64,000 nt of DNA from Octopus sinensis. Taxonomy: Eukaryota. Location: the NCBI RefSeq assembly GCF_006345805.1, contig NC_043010.1, positions 22,568,001 through 22,632,000 on the forward strand, written 5' to 3'. Each line of letters begins with the position of its first letter. Within the stretch, counting starts at the first letter, position 1. Shown here in pieces: positions 26,967-40,576 of this stretch. Both the position numbers and the translations under genes were made by a program. The notes beneath the pieces are model-generated. The model did not search any database and was not told where the DNA came from. It was given only the letters and a program-made list of their open reading frames with translations.

Positions 26967-27931
26967 ACTCGCTATATTTACGATAACATAATTAATCTAA
27001 AATATTGACATAAAAGAACACATGACTAAACAGGAACGATAGATATCGAAGCAGACAAAGCTACAAATTACAGCATGCAAATACTAAGCCAAAAAATCCT
27101 CCGGTTTAAAAAAAACGGGGGCCAGAATTCCTAAAGCTTTGAAGAACTATGATGGAACAGCGTAATGTATCGAAGGAAAATTCATAATATGTTTTCTGCC
27201 TCTTAACAAACATTTAATTTTTAAAACATGTAAACATGTGTTTCATGTTCAATCTAAGATTTCACGAAACGGTAAACATAATTTTAAAGATGTCTGATGT
27301 AATCTAATTTCAGTTCTACGCACATATTTTTGTGTATAGGTTAATGCAAACCTTACGCTAGCGTGTCTAACAAAACTTTATATATCTCCCCACATGATAC
27401 ACCCACAAATAAATAATTATATGTGTATATATAACTAAATATGCGTTTATCAATTCGTTAAGATGGGGCTGAGGGGAAGACCATACTGCTGCTCAAAACT
27501 ATGACGCACACACAAGCATACACACATACACACACACACAAGCATACACACATACACACACACACAAGCATACACACATACACACACACACAAGCATACA
27601 CACATACACACACACACACAAGCATACACGGACACATAAACACACAAACGCACGCGCGGGCGTGCACACACGCGCGCACACACACAAACAAAGATACAAA
27701 AGCATGCGCACACTAGAATACACATCTTAGAAGAATAGAATAGAGGAAGTGGAGCAAGAACGCACGCAAAAACGAAAAGTGTCGCTGAAAAGTGTCGAAA
27801 GATTTTCGGACAATGACCCTGAGTTAAAATAATAAAATAGAAACAGTAATAAACGGGTGTAGAAAATATATATATATAGTGCGTGTGTTTGGCAACAAAT
27901 GACCATGCCAAAATACAACAATATATATATA

Positions 27932-27982
<51 letters not shown>

Positions 27983-27983
<1 letters not shown>

Positions 27984-28202
27984 TCTTTTATTCTTTTACT
28001 TGTTTCAGTCATTTGACTTTGGCCATGCTGGAGCACCGCCTTTAGTCGAGCAAATCGACCCCAGAACTTATTCTTTGTAAGCCCAGTACTTATTCTATCG
28101 GTCACTTTTGCCGAACCGCTAAGTGACGGCGACGTAGACACACCAGCATCGGTTGTCAGCAATGCTAAGGGGACAAACACAGACACCACAACAACCACAA
28201 AC

Positions 28203-28272
<70 letters not shown>

Positions 28273-28437
28273 TACGACGGGCTTCTTTCAGTTTCCGTCT
28301 ACAAATCCACTCACAAGGCTTTGGTTGGCCTGAGGCTATAGTAGAAGACACTTGCCCAATATGCCACGCAGTGGGACTGAACCCGGAACCATGTGGTTGG
28401 TAAGCAAGCTACTTACAACAGAGCCACTCCTGCGCCT
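27983..28437 (-). mobile_element. SINE family A, best-preserved full copy
   Basis: Head GGCGCAGGAGTGGCT..GGTTCAGTCCC, internal (TA)n, tail CAAGTAAAAGAATAAAAGAG. Confidence 0.92.
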
Positions 28438-28811
28438 ATATATATATATATATATATATATACGATTTCGCAAAAAACACTAGGACATGCTAATACTGAT
28501 ATCATCAAATATTATCAACAATATATTCGGTCATTCGTAGTCCCTGCTCTTCCATCGACTTCAACGCAACAAGCCATTCCATCACCCAGTCATTCGTAAG
28601 CTGCATCTTCGCAGTGTTCTCTCTCCTACCACTTCATGTCTATATATAGTGCTCCTATGATCCTTCTTGCGTTCCTTATCAGTTGTAGCCAATTTTTTTT
28701 TTCTAACATAGAGAAAGTAACACTCCACTTTGTCCCTTCATTTTTTCTCTTTTCAAATTTTCTCTGAAGAAGGACCTTGTCCGAAATGTTGAATTTTCTA
28801 CACAACTCAGC

Positions 28812-29273
28812 AAAGTGATAATATGTTGTCAACTTAATGTGACAGTCCCATGAAAGGGAAGAAAGCTACTGTTATTTAGCCCTAGGAAATACCGTCTCCT
28901 GTTGAACTCGACACATTTCCTCTGTCCTTATATTTTCAAAGTGGAGACAAGCACCTCCACCCAGCAAAGCCAACACTCAGAGACTAGTTTCACAGTCATT
29001 GCTCATCATAAGTCTGGAGTAGCATGGCTTACTAACTGTCAATGCCTATCCGCCTTTGAAAACACATATATGTCAAGTGAAATACATTCACTGATTTTTG
29101 AAAATAGAAATAATACGTTGCTGGGTGCGGGTACTTGCTTCCACTTTGAAAACATAAGGACACAGTAAATGTGTCAAATCCAACAGGAGACGGTGTTTCC
29201 TGGGGCTAAATAAAAGTAGCATTCTTCCCTTTCATGGAACTGTCACATTAAGTTGACAACATACTATCCCTTT
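28812..29273. mobile_element. MITE with ~155-bp TIRs
   Basis: TATGTTGTCAACTTAATGTGACAGT...CACCCAGCAA is mirrored by TTGCTGGGTG...ACTGTCACATTAAGTTGACAACATA. Confidence 0.85.
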
Positions 29274-29471
29274 ATCATGCTACTAGTACATAAAATTCTC
29301 TGAGAGATTTAGAAATGAATTATTTCTACCTTTCAGCAAGTTCACTGAAATCCTTTACTAAACAATACAAGCCTGGCCACTGAGGATCAGAACCAGTCCT
29401 TTTGTAGCTTTTTTGATCATCGCTAGCCACTCAACCTTTTCTATTTTCTCTCCCTGTTTATTTCTGTGTTC

Positions 29472-29507
29472 CTTTCTGTTGAAGAGCGTAGGCTCGAAAC
29501 ATAAAAG
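29472..29507 (+). ncRNA. Minimal hammerhead-like motif, variant core
   Basis: CUUU-CUGUUGA-A-GAGC-GUAG-GCUC-GAAA-CA-UA-AAAG; helices I and II pair perfectly, core A6 is replaced by U. Confidence 0.4.
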
Positions 29508-29759
29508 ACTTACTCACTTTCCGAGCCTTAAACTAATACATCCGTTTGTTGTTTACACACCCGTCTTCGTCATTTGTTTTGTTTGTTTTTTTTGCAAAAT
29601 TTCAGTACATACATACTTTACATCTATCCATCTATCCATCCATCCATCCATCTATCCATCCATCCATCCATCCATACATACATACATACATACATACATA
29701 CATACATACATACATACAGTTATATATATGTGTGTGTGTGTGTGTGTGTACGTGCAGTG

Positions 29760-29940
29760 TATGAGGGGGTGCTAAGAAGTTCTTGGTTTTGGACAAAAGA
29801 AAACAGGAGAATCAGTTAATTATGATTCACATTTATTGCAGCGATCCTTCAGCTTTTCTAAGCCCTGTAAAAGAACTCGGAAGTTTAGGCCTCCAGCCAG
29901 GCCATTCGCGAGACACTTAAAGGCAGGAAATTTACGTACA
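29760..29940. mobile_element. Degraded mariner-type MITE
   Basis: TATGAGGGGGTGCTAAGAAGTTCTTGGTTTT left end; partial complement AAAGGCAGGAA near 29920. Confidence 0.45.
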
Positions 29941-31114
29941 CACACACACACACACACACAAGCCAACGATGCACAGATTTTGTCACACAACAATAATCAG
30001 TACATACCCTTCTTTTAACAACATCCGAAGATTTGGTTATGTTATTTTTCTTGCAAGTCAAACAGAGGAAGATTTGGTTGCCATTTTTCTTACAAGTCAA
30101 ACTACAGTATACAAGTTTTTGCAAGGATGGTGTATTAATGGCCGTTGTGATTAATATTGTTCTGACTAAAGCAAGTGGCTATACGAAACCTGACCGCATA
30201 CTGTGATCAGTGAGTATAACCCGGTGACATTAAACGCTGCTCCAACAGCATTTTCATATTTCCTGACTTTTGGCCCAGCCTATAGTTTGATGGAACTAGC
30301 TGCATTCATTTGGCATTTCTAACTCTAAGCTATTTGAAATTGCATGGAATTACAGCTTCAAATTCACCCAACATTTACCTTTTCAAACACGTATCGTCTA
30401 TGCTAAAAGTCGCAAGACGTTTGCTTGCGGCGTGTCAGCCATATTGTGTGACAACGTCGCATTATGTCGCCTGTCAAGGATGAATTTTTAGATGTAAAGG
30501 AATAAGTATGAAATGCTTCTTTATCTCTTGAGGTATATCTATGTTCAATCGGATAGATGTTCATGCATGATCTTCTAGTTTATATATTCATAAAGTAAAC
30601 ACATCTGTATCTTTATAAGTATACATACTTGTATTTAACTTTCTTATAAATATATCGTTCTTAAATAAACTCCGTAACGCTATAATCTAAAGCATTGAGT
30701 TCTAACTACTGGTTAGTTGTGACGCTATGGCTAAACGTATCATAATGTATGTGCATGTATAGGTGACTATGTGTTTATATATATATCTGTGTGTGTGTGT
30801 GTATGTATATATATACAATGAATGGATCTCTTATGCGTTCGAATATGCCTTAAACATATTGGAACTGGTTACAAGCTTTATTTATACAACTTAATGCTTA
30901 GCGTTTTCGCCTCGTCTCTCTCTATATATATGTGTGTGTGTGTGTGTGTGTCTGTGTGTGCGCGCGTGTGTGTGTGTGCGTGTGTGTGTGCGTGCGTGCG
31001 TGCGTGCGTGCGTGTGCGTGCGTGCGTGCGTGTGCGTGCGTGCGTGCGTGCGTGTGCGTGCGTGCGTGCGTGCGCGTTCGTGCGTGCGTGTGTGTGTCTG
31101 TGTCTGTCTGTCTG

Positions 31115-32182
31115 TTTACTCAGACGACTTCGGAATCTCCTGCAACTCTTCTGGACAGTCTCCTTGTTTATGTTTGTGAATGCTGCCATAATCCTTGCCT
31201 TCAGTTCAGCTTTGGTGTTACAAGGAGTTTTGTTGATCTCTCGCTCAACTGCGCCCCACACATAATAATCAAGGAGGTTGCTGTCTGGGAAGTTAGATGG
31301 CCAGATGATAGGTGTGATGTTGTCGCAGAAATTGTCAGACAGACTCCTGTTGCCAGATATAGGGTTTTCCAGCAGCCACCCCCTTTGACCCAGGGCAGCC
31401 CTACCTCCTTCAGGCTCTTGATGTAAGCCTTCGTGTTGAGTGTCAGGCCATGTGGAGGATGAATGGAGGCATCACTAGTGATCACTCGAAAGACAATGAT
31501 GTTGACTGGATGTTTTATTTTCATCACTCTCGGTACATATTTTGGGGACATGGTAAGCCAACGGATGTTCTGTATGTTCACCATCTGATCATGGCAGAAA
31601 TGTTTCTCGTCTGAGTAAAACACAAAGCATGTTTGCTTGAAGGGGATGCTTGAGTTTGTTCAAAGGCTTTCCTTTTGTCGTTGATAGCTTGGGATTATCC
31701 CAATAATTGACCCTTTCTCATCTTGCATAAGGAATACCAAGTGTCTTCATGCACAACCTAATTGATAAAAAACTGAAACCCTCCCATGTCTCTGGCGATG
31801 TACCAGATTGACTTGCAGCGATCGTTGTCGATCATGGCCTGGATCTCATCAACAAATTCAGGAGTTCTTTTCTTATCAAAACCAACAAAGTAAGTTTTGT
31901 GAGCTGCCGTACCTCCGTAATCACCATTAGATTCAGCCACTCCTTCCAGATCCTCTGCGATGCCCTTAGATTGACATCCAAACACTCTGAAATGTTCATG
32001 TTGAAGCTTCCAGCATATCATTTCCAAATTTCTGGCGGAGTGAATTGCATCATGGTGCTGTTTTTCTCACAGACGGTGCCCATCTGACACTACTATACTG
32101 TGTAGTCGACAAAATCAAAAGCAAATAATGAGCATGCATGAGATTAAAAATATAAAATTGCAACAATTTACCCATCGAACCC
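31115..32182 (-). pseudogene. Tc1/mariner-superfamily (maT/DD37D-like) transposase pseudogene, 3'-truncated
   Basis: FYSDEKHFCHDQMVNIQNIRWL..KHPVNIIVF..ITSD; [35 protein letters not shown]; TA-CTGGGT terminus at about 32182. Confidence 0.85.
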
Positions 32183-32204
32183 AGTATATATACATATTAT
32201 CTTT

Positions 32205-32390
32205 TCTATTTTACTTGTTTTAGTCATTAGACTGCGGCCATGCTGGGGCATCACCTTGAAGAATTTAATTCGACCGAGTCGACCCTTGTGCTTGTTTTGT
32301 CGACCTCTTTAACCGATAACATATGGGGACGTAAACACACCAACATCGGTTGTCAAGCGATAGTGGGAGACAAGCACAGACACAAAAAAA
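32205..32390 (-). mobile_element. SINE family A 3' half
   Basis: GTCATTAGACTGCGGCCATGCTGG...CAACATCGGTTGTCAAGCG. Confidence 0.8.
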
Positions 32391-32780
32391 CACTCACACA
32401 CATGCACGCATACACAGATAAATACACACACAAATACACATATACATAGTGTAACCAGCCATTGAACTATGTCGGGAATATCATAATAGGAGTGTGTGTG
32501 TGTATTTTTGTGTGTCTCCTGTTCGCAGCGTCTGCCTTTCCGGTGTCCGGTGCTGAAGAGGAAATAACCAATTCGAAATGCAACAGCCTAGTTAGGGAAC
32601 GCTGTGAGCTGACTCGGTGTATACAAACCTGTCTTCAGCGAGAAATTTTCTCTATCACAAGATACGTTCGAACATGCTTTAAACATATTTGCACAGGTAA
32701 GGCGCTTGCATTTATACCACTCAGTGCTGAACGCTGTCACCTCGTCTCTCTCCCTCTCTCTCTCCCTCTCTATTTCTCTT

Positions 32781-32830
<50 letters not shown>

Positions 32831-32893
32831 GATACAGAGTGAGCCAGAGAAAAGAGAGAGAATAATTTTCTTACACACACACAACACACAACA

Positions 32894-32930
<37 letters not shown>

Positions 32931-33083
32931 ATATATATTATATATATATATATATATACATACATATATTTACATATATATGTATGCAGATATATATATA
33001 TATATATATATATATAATACACATATCTATATATCTATCTATCTATTTATCTATCTATCTGTCTATCTATCTATCTATCTATC

Positions 33084-33115
<32 letters not shown>

Positions 33116-33135
33116 ATATATGATATATATATTTG

Positions 33136-33167
<32 letters not shown>

Positions 33168-33749
33168 TATACATATATATACATATATATATAGATAGAT
33201 AGGAATAGATATATATTTACATACATATATATACATATATATATACAAACGCACACACGCAAAACACACACACACACACTCACACATATATATGTGTAAA
33301 CTTACATCTGTCTCTGGTTATCATGTGTGTGTGCGTGTGCGTGCTTGAGGGTGGATGCATGTCTGTGTGCTGTGAGTGTGTGTGTGTATGTGTGTGTGTG
33401 TGAGTGTGTGTGTACGTGTGCATATGTGTCTGTGTGTGGCACTCAATCACCAGTTCATTTATCTGCTGTATCTACTTCATTCTAATTCTCCGTATATTGG
33501 AATATATCATCACTTCCAGATAATGTTCCTTCACCAAAATAATCCACGCGCTTACACTTATGGGGTGTCCGTGAGAGGCATTATGCAAAGACAACGATAT
33601 GGTAAACAATAACTTTCTATTCTTCAAGATTTTCCATCCATTGGAGAAAACCTTAGAAATGCAAACAGCAAACTACAAACACACAATGCTCATGCGCATG
33701 TCCAGTGTATGGCCTTCATAGATGCGCGTATACGTGCATGATGTGTGCG

Positions 33750-33807
<58 letters not shown>

Positions 33808-34458
33808 TTGTGGGCGCATGCATATGTATAAATAGATGGGTATATGTATATATATATATATATATATACATAGATATATATATACGTTTACATATGTGTG
33901 TGCATGTGCATGTACGTGTACGAGAGTGTGTGTTTGTATGCACCCACATACATACATATATATGTATGTGTGTGTATGTATCTATGTATACACACACATC
34001 ACACACAAGCTATCGGAAGTGTTGTGAAACTATATAAGTGATTCCATCACCCACATGCATTATTTATCTGGCGCTTTTATCCAACTCTCAACTCGATAAC
34101 CTGCCTACACATAGCCTACCTTATCTGTTTATATATGTACTTATATAATTACCTACCTGCCTCTATCTATTTGTATACCTCAGTGTCTCTCCACCCCCAC
34201 TCTCTCTCTCTCTCTTTCTCTGCATTTCAAACTCATCATTAATGCATAGTCTCTCAACTTACAATAAATAACTGCCAAATCTACCTTAAATTACATTCTA
34301 CCGTCTAAAATATGGGGGACATTAAATAATACGGTGCTAAATACGATTAAAAAGGTGTGATGGTCACGGCTGGTGTCCAAAGTACCTTACTTCCACTTTA
34401 TACGTATGACCTCCAAAGAAATACACATGGGTGTATATCATACGTATATTCATACGTA

Positions 34459-35719
34459 TTGTTTCATCTCATAAATAATGTGCTGTTTTTTTTATCCAAT
34501 TGCCTGAACTAAAAGTCGGATGGGGACGGGATAAACTACCTGTATCAACTTGCAAAAAAGCAGGTAGTAATTTTACCTTGTGCTTATTCTTGGCGATAGT
34601 TTTGAAGAGTGCAGTTCGAATTTAACAGTTATTTTTTCAAAGCTATAATGGTAGTGACAAAGGTGTATATTCGGCAGCAACGCAACAGAGTATGAGGAAT
34701 ATTAATGCAGTGTATGGAGATCGGACTATAAGCGTAAGCCAGTGTCAACGGTGCTTCCACAAATTCCGAGCCGGTAACTACAGTCTAGAAGACGAGCCTT
34801 GTCCTGAAAGATCTGTGGAGCACGACGAGGGCGTTCTGCAAACCCTGGTGGAACAAAATCCATTTTAACTGTTGAGAAACTAGCAGAAAAGCCTGGATTT
34901 GGTCATTCAACCATTTATCGACATACGCGTGCCATCGGAAAAATCAACAAATTGAGGCAATGGGTTCCTCACAAACTTCCCAAGTTTAATCGCACACAGA
35001 GAGTAAATGTGTGCACTTCTTTGCTGCCACATCTTATGAAGGAACCTTTTATGAACCGAAGAGGGACTAGTGACAGGAAATGGGTTGTCTATAAAAATGT
35101 CAAGCGCTGAAGACATTGGGTAAGGAAAGGAGAAACACCTGAACTCCAGGCTAAAGAAGGTCTTCACCCACGCAAGGTATTGTTATCTGTCTGGTGGGAT
35201 AAGAAAGGTTTAGTCCACTTTGAACTTTTAATTCCAAACCAAATGGTAACAAAGGAGATCTACTGCGAGCAGCTCGAGCGGCTTAAGTCAGCGCTTGAAG
35301 AAAAACAACCATCTTTGGTTTCAAGACAAAAGGTGCACATCCATCAGGTAAATGCTTGGCCACATACAGTGAGGATGACATTCCAAAGCTGGAGCAGTGT
35401 GAATGGGAAACGATGCCCCACCCACCATATTCGCCGCGCATTACCCCCATTTAATCATCATTTATTCGGCAGTCTTCAAAATCAATTGGACGGGAAAAAT
35501 ATAAATTCTGTAGGCGAGGTCAGAACAGTACAGGAAGAGTATTTTTCGTCACAGGCAAGTGAATTTTAGAAGAGGGACCTTGCAAGTCTATCAGATAGAT
35601 GGAAGAGCATAACAGAAAATGAAGGACGGTATATTTTAGATTAAAAAAGAACTTTGCTTATCTTAATTATGAAAAATAAAAGAAGTATAAAAAACCGCAT
35701 TATTTATAGGATGACTCAT
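34459..35719 (+). mobile_element. Near full-length mariner element (~1.26 kb)
   Basis: TA-flanked TIRs TTGTTTCATCTCATAAATAATG / CATTATTTATAGGATGACTCAT. Confidence 0.9.
34648..35644 (+). pseudogene. Mariner DD34D transposase pseudogene
   Basis: WVPHKL, KVLLSVWWDKKGLVHFELL, HQVNAWPH (HDNARPH), HPPYSP, HLFGSLQN motifs; several frameshifts and deletions. Confidence 0.9.
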
Positions 35720-36589
35720 TATATATGCATTTGTATTCAATCATACACAGATATATACTCACACATGTATACATACATACATACATACATACATACATAC
35801 ATACATACATACATACATACATACATACATACATACATACACATACACACACATATATATATGTGTGTGTGTGTATAAATATGCATCTATATATATAATC
35901 TTCTGTGCGTATATATGTATACACGTATCTAAGTATATCACACATAACAAGGTGTTGAATGAGGCGTACATGCGATGTGTCTCATAAGAATGGTTAACAA
36001 GTCTTGATCACGGATTGCGGTATGTATGCATATATGTGCATGTGTATTTGTGTAGGTGTATCTGTGTGTATGTGTGTGTGTGCGTAGGTGGTGTATTCGT
36101 TCTTACATGAATGTGGATATGGTCATGCAGAAGCGTGGTTCTTGATACGAGAGTGCACAAGTGTGTGGTGGCATTATGGTCGTGATTGTGTAGTGAAGGG
36201 GACCAACTTTGACCTCAAAACATGTGTTTGCGAAACAGCACCATCGTTTTATTTATGACGAGCACATCAAAATGTCGCCGCATATTTTAATTTACACTTA
36301 TGCACGGGGTAAGCGGCATGGTGACTGTGGCACTGGCTGTCAATCGAAGATAATTTTGCTTAAGGCATCTAAATTTTCGCTAACGCTGAGATAGGGCTTT
36401 GTAGATGGATGTTGTTATGCATGGGTGTGATTGAATGTGTTCCTTTTGTGATGATGCATGTGTATCATATAGGTTTAGATTAGTGGAATAATTGAATACG
36501 GGAGGGAGGTAGCCCGAGGGTGAACAATGACCTGCGCGGAATTTTTGCATTAATTGTACTTTTGGTGCCAAACGTTTACCTATGAAGCA

Positions 36590-36850
36590 GAACGTTCGCA
36601 GTATCAGAAGACCATAAAGGTCTTGTCTGGAATTAATTGATGCAGCGGGGTTATTTAGTAGTAGGTTCTGAAAGAAGAGGATCTGGAAAGCCTCAGTGAG
36701 GCATGGATTACAGGGTCAGTGTTTATCTGCGTAAGATTTGATTGTAGCATTTTTACAACTTAATCAATCGTCAATGTTCACATTCTTAAGCTCCCATATG
36801 TATTTTGACAAAGTGGTTGCCGAGCTTGAGTCAAAAGTTTTAATTACAGT
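36590..36850 (-). pseudogene. Penelope-like GIY-YIG endonuclease fragment
   Basis: Minus-strand SSATTLSKYIWELKNVNI and CNPCLTE resemble the PLE endonuclease motif TxLSKYIWxLK...CxLCLxEK. Confidence 0.6.
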
Positions 36851-37269
36851 GAAAACAAAGAGATCGCCCTTCCTCTGTACGAACGGAAAATGTGATCCAT
36901 CTCACTAGTTCCAGTTATTAAAGGTTCACAAGAAACTGGTTACTCGTCCTTGTTTGCTAGGAGATAAACACTTTATATTAGAATAAACATGCACACAGAC
37001 AGAAGTAAATTGGTTTATCGAATCTGGATGCCATTGCAAGCTTTGGAAAGAAACTTAATTATTTAGTGACTATATATGCGTGAATACTAACTGGTTAGAA
37101 GTTTCTCTCTGTAACTAGGAATAAACATCTTGTTCCTGTTTATGCTTAAATAAAGATGAAAAATAGTTAGATTCATATTGTTTTATGCTGACACAAAGAA
37201 AAAAGATGTTGTGTAACTATGATATCTACACATTCATAGCGGCATGCTAAAAACACACACTAGTGCATA

Positions 37270-37319
<50 letters not shown>

Positions 37320-37559
37320 TATATAGATATATATATTATACATAACATATATACATGCATAAATATACATGCATGCATACATTGATATATATATATATAT
37401 ACATACATACTGGCAAAAATGCGTACAAGGTGAGTCAAAAAGTAATGCCATTTTGTTTAGGACAGGTATTTAGGTGTTTAGGACAAATATTTTATACACA
37501 CTTATAATATATACACACTTATATATTATATATATTATATATATATATTATATTATATA

Positions 37560-37605
<46 letters not shown>

Positions 37606-37703
37606 ATATTAATATATATATATATATATTATACGGAGTAAACACGTAAATGTGAAACAAGGTGGAAAAAAGAGTACTCAAATACCAGTGGTAGAGTAAT
37701 ACG

Positions 37704-37861
37704 CTTTATTTAAAGCAGCAGAAAATTCAACAAAACTGTTACTGAGTTTCCCGTTGCCGTTCATCGGACAGTTTTTTGCTAGAATAGAACCGATGAACGG
37801 CAACGGGAAACTCAGAGTAACAGGTTTTGTTGAATTTAATTTTCTGCTGCTTTAAATAAAG
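37704..37861. repeat. Inverted repeat (~65-70 bp arms, 22-nt spacer) of a hammerhead-like PLE end
   Basis: CTTTATTTAAAGCAGCAGAAAATT..TCATCGG / CCGATGA..TTTTCTGCTGCTTTAAATAAAG. Confidence 0.9.
37736..37823. ncRNA. Pair of variant hammerhead motifs (CCGAUGA core) on opposite strands
   Basis: Minus: CUGU-CCGAUGA-A-CG-GCAA-CG-G-GAAA-CUCAG-UA-ACAG; plus: CCGAUGA..GAAA-CUCAGAG-UA-ACAG. Confidence 0.5.
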
Positions 37862-37879
37862 TATATCCCACGCACACAC

Positions 37880-39170
37880 GAATACATTCACACACACACA
37901 CATACGTACACACACATAGTACATACATTCATACATTCATTCATACATACATACATTCATACATACACACACACACAAACATACACATACACACACACAT
38001 ACATACATGCACACATACATACACACATACATACATACACACACATACACACATACACACATACATACATACACACAAACACACTTACATACATACACAC
38101 ATGCACTTACACATATACATACACACATACGCACACACACACATACATACACACATATATATATACAAACATACACACACACATACACACATACACGCAT
38201 GCACACATACATACATACATACACACACATACACGCATGCACACATACATACATACACACACACATACATACATACATACACATACACACACACATACAC
38301 ACATACACACACATACATACATACATACATACATACATACATACATACATACATACATAACATACATGCATATGGGGTTGGCTGTATTGCAGGCGTGCGT
38401 GAGTGCGTGTGTGTGTGTGCCTGTGGATTCACATACACCCACACCAAAATTTTTTATTCCATCAATCTTTCAATTATAAAGTGTGTGCTTGCATACATAT
38501 ATATACACACATATAAACATATAAACACATATATAAACCCCTACATTTGTACACACATATATATTCACTCCCACGCACGTACACACACACGCACACACAC
38601 ACATTTACATATATATACAATACACGCACACACACACATATACACGTACAAACACACACTAATTCACATACACACCGACACATATACATACACACAATAT
38701 ATACCTACACGCGCACGCACACATACACATACGTACACACATATAAGCACAGACACACACATACATACGCACAAAAAAACATGCGCTCACATACGCACGC
38801 ACACGCGCCAAAAAAAGCCTCACAACCCCATATACATCCATATACGCTTACACACACCCCCATACCAACGTATACATACACGCACACACAACTACACGCA
38901 TATACATACACACACACACACACACACAAGTGAACCCACACATACATCCCATACACACGGCACACAACCATACATACACGCACACAATTATACATACATA
39001 TATATACACACACACGCACGTACAAGCACACACGCACACATACACTAAGTTAAGCACAGTTACACGCCACACACCGAAACTCCACGCATACACACAAAAA
39101 ACACACACATACACACACACATACTACAAACAAAACACACACACGATACATATACATACACGCACACACA
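37880..39170. repeat. Long degenerate CA/TACA microsatellite region
   Basis: Directly visible. Confidence 0.95.
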
Positions 39171-39439
39171 CATACCTCTTTGTTTTTGACCTGTGATTGG
39201 ACCCCAAACACCACTCCTTAATTCTTATTACTAGCCTGCTAGCCAGTTGTTCGCCATACACACACACATGTCATTATTGCTACATACACACACACGCGCA
39301 CACGCTGACCTCCCCGCACGCACTACACCCACACACATTCCCCCTCTCACTTTCTTTACCATACTGTCTTTGATATAGCTCTCCTGTTTTTTAAAGACAT
39401 TATTCTTCTAATTTTACTACTTCCGTCTTTTAGTATGTG

Positions 39440-39630
39440 ACCTCGTCTGTATCACTAGCGATTTTTTTCCCTTGTCTCCACTTCTCGGGATCTTTCCTTC
39501 TCCTATGTTTCCGCTCGAAACGTCAATCCCTCCTTCTTCCCTTCTTTCCTGAGCGTCCAATAATACTTTATTTGTTCCACGTCCTTGCGTTGTTGTTTTA
39601 TTGTTTTTGTTTTCTTGTTTGCATTAACTT
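39440..39630 (+). mobile_element. PLE-type terminal fragment with a half hammerhead (GCTCGAAACGTC)
   Basis: Downstream CCTGAGCG..AATAC..TTGTTCCACGTCC segment is shared with 8750-8820 (+) and 57720-57800 (-); GAAACGUC 3' half of an HHR at 39517-39524. Confidence 0.45.
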
Positions 39631-39669
<39 letters not shown>

Positions 39670-39837
39670 TGTGTGTGTGTGTGTGTGTGTGTGAGTATGT
39701 ATGTGTATACCTACCTACAAACATTTATATATATATATTGGTATAAACGGTAAGATAACAAAAGAAAGAACGAGATTATATATATAATAGAGGGAAATTT
39801 ATCTGTGAAATAATATTGACAATTATTCAGTAGCCAA

Positions 39838-39892
39838 GATAAAACTCTGAGTTTCAGATGCCGAGGTGGAATACACAACACCATCTCTTCGG

Positions 39893-39895
<3 letters not shown>
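39838..39895 (-). ncRNA. Variant hammerhead-like motif (CCGAAGA core)
   Basis: UAA-CCGAAGA-GAUG..CAUC-U-GAAA-CUCAGAG-UU-UUA; same helix III as the 37790-37823 motif but a different helix II. Confidence 0.4.
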
Positions 39896-39939
<44 letters not shown>

Positions 39940-40126
39940 TATATATATATTATATATATATATATAAGCATGTATGAATTATGTATGTGTGTATGTACGT
40001 ACTTATGCAAATATGTATGCAGATGTGTATGCATGAACAGAGAAACAGATAGGCACAGCACGAACATACATACATATATATATAAAAAACATATGAATCT
40101 AACTATTTTACACACATACACCACAC

Positions 40127-40188
<62 letters not shown>

Positions 40189-40531
40189 TATACTCTTATC
40201 TTTTATAAAACACTAATACGTTTTATATAATCTTTTAAAAAATTTAAAAAATAATAAATTAAGAAATTAAGAAATTAAGAAATAAAATAATATATAAATG
40301 TAAAAATATACATACATACATATATATATAAAATTTATAAGTTTAAATTATTTAAATAATTTTTTATTTTTAACTTAATTTTATGTATTGGCTTGTTTTT
40401 CACTTTTGATTGCCTAATAGTGGTTTTATCTCTAATTCTAAATAATAAATACAATATATTTATACTATAAAATTGGATTTAGTCCTAAATCTAATTTTTC
40501 CCTGTAAGTTTGGATTTATTCCCTAATATTA

Positions 40532-40576
<45 letters not shown>

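Noticed and set aside
32550-32590. CTGAAGAGGAA..TTCGAAA HHR-like pattern
   Set aside because: Core boxes are present, but no convincing helix I, helix III or NUH site.
38101-39048. 315-aa His/Thr-rich ORF and the many similar YI/CV/HT/poly-V/poly-E ORFs
   Set aside because: These are translations of microsatellites that lack stop codons; no coding signature.
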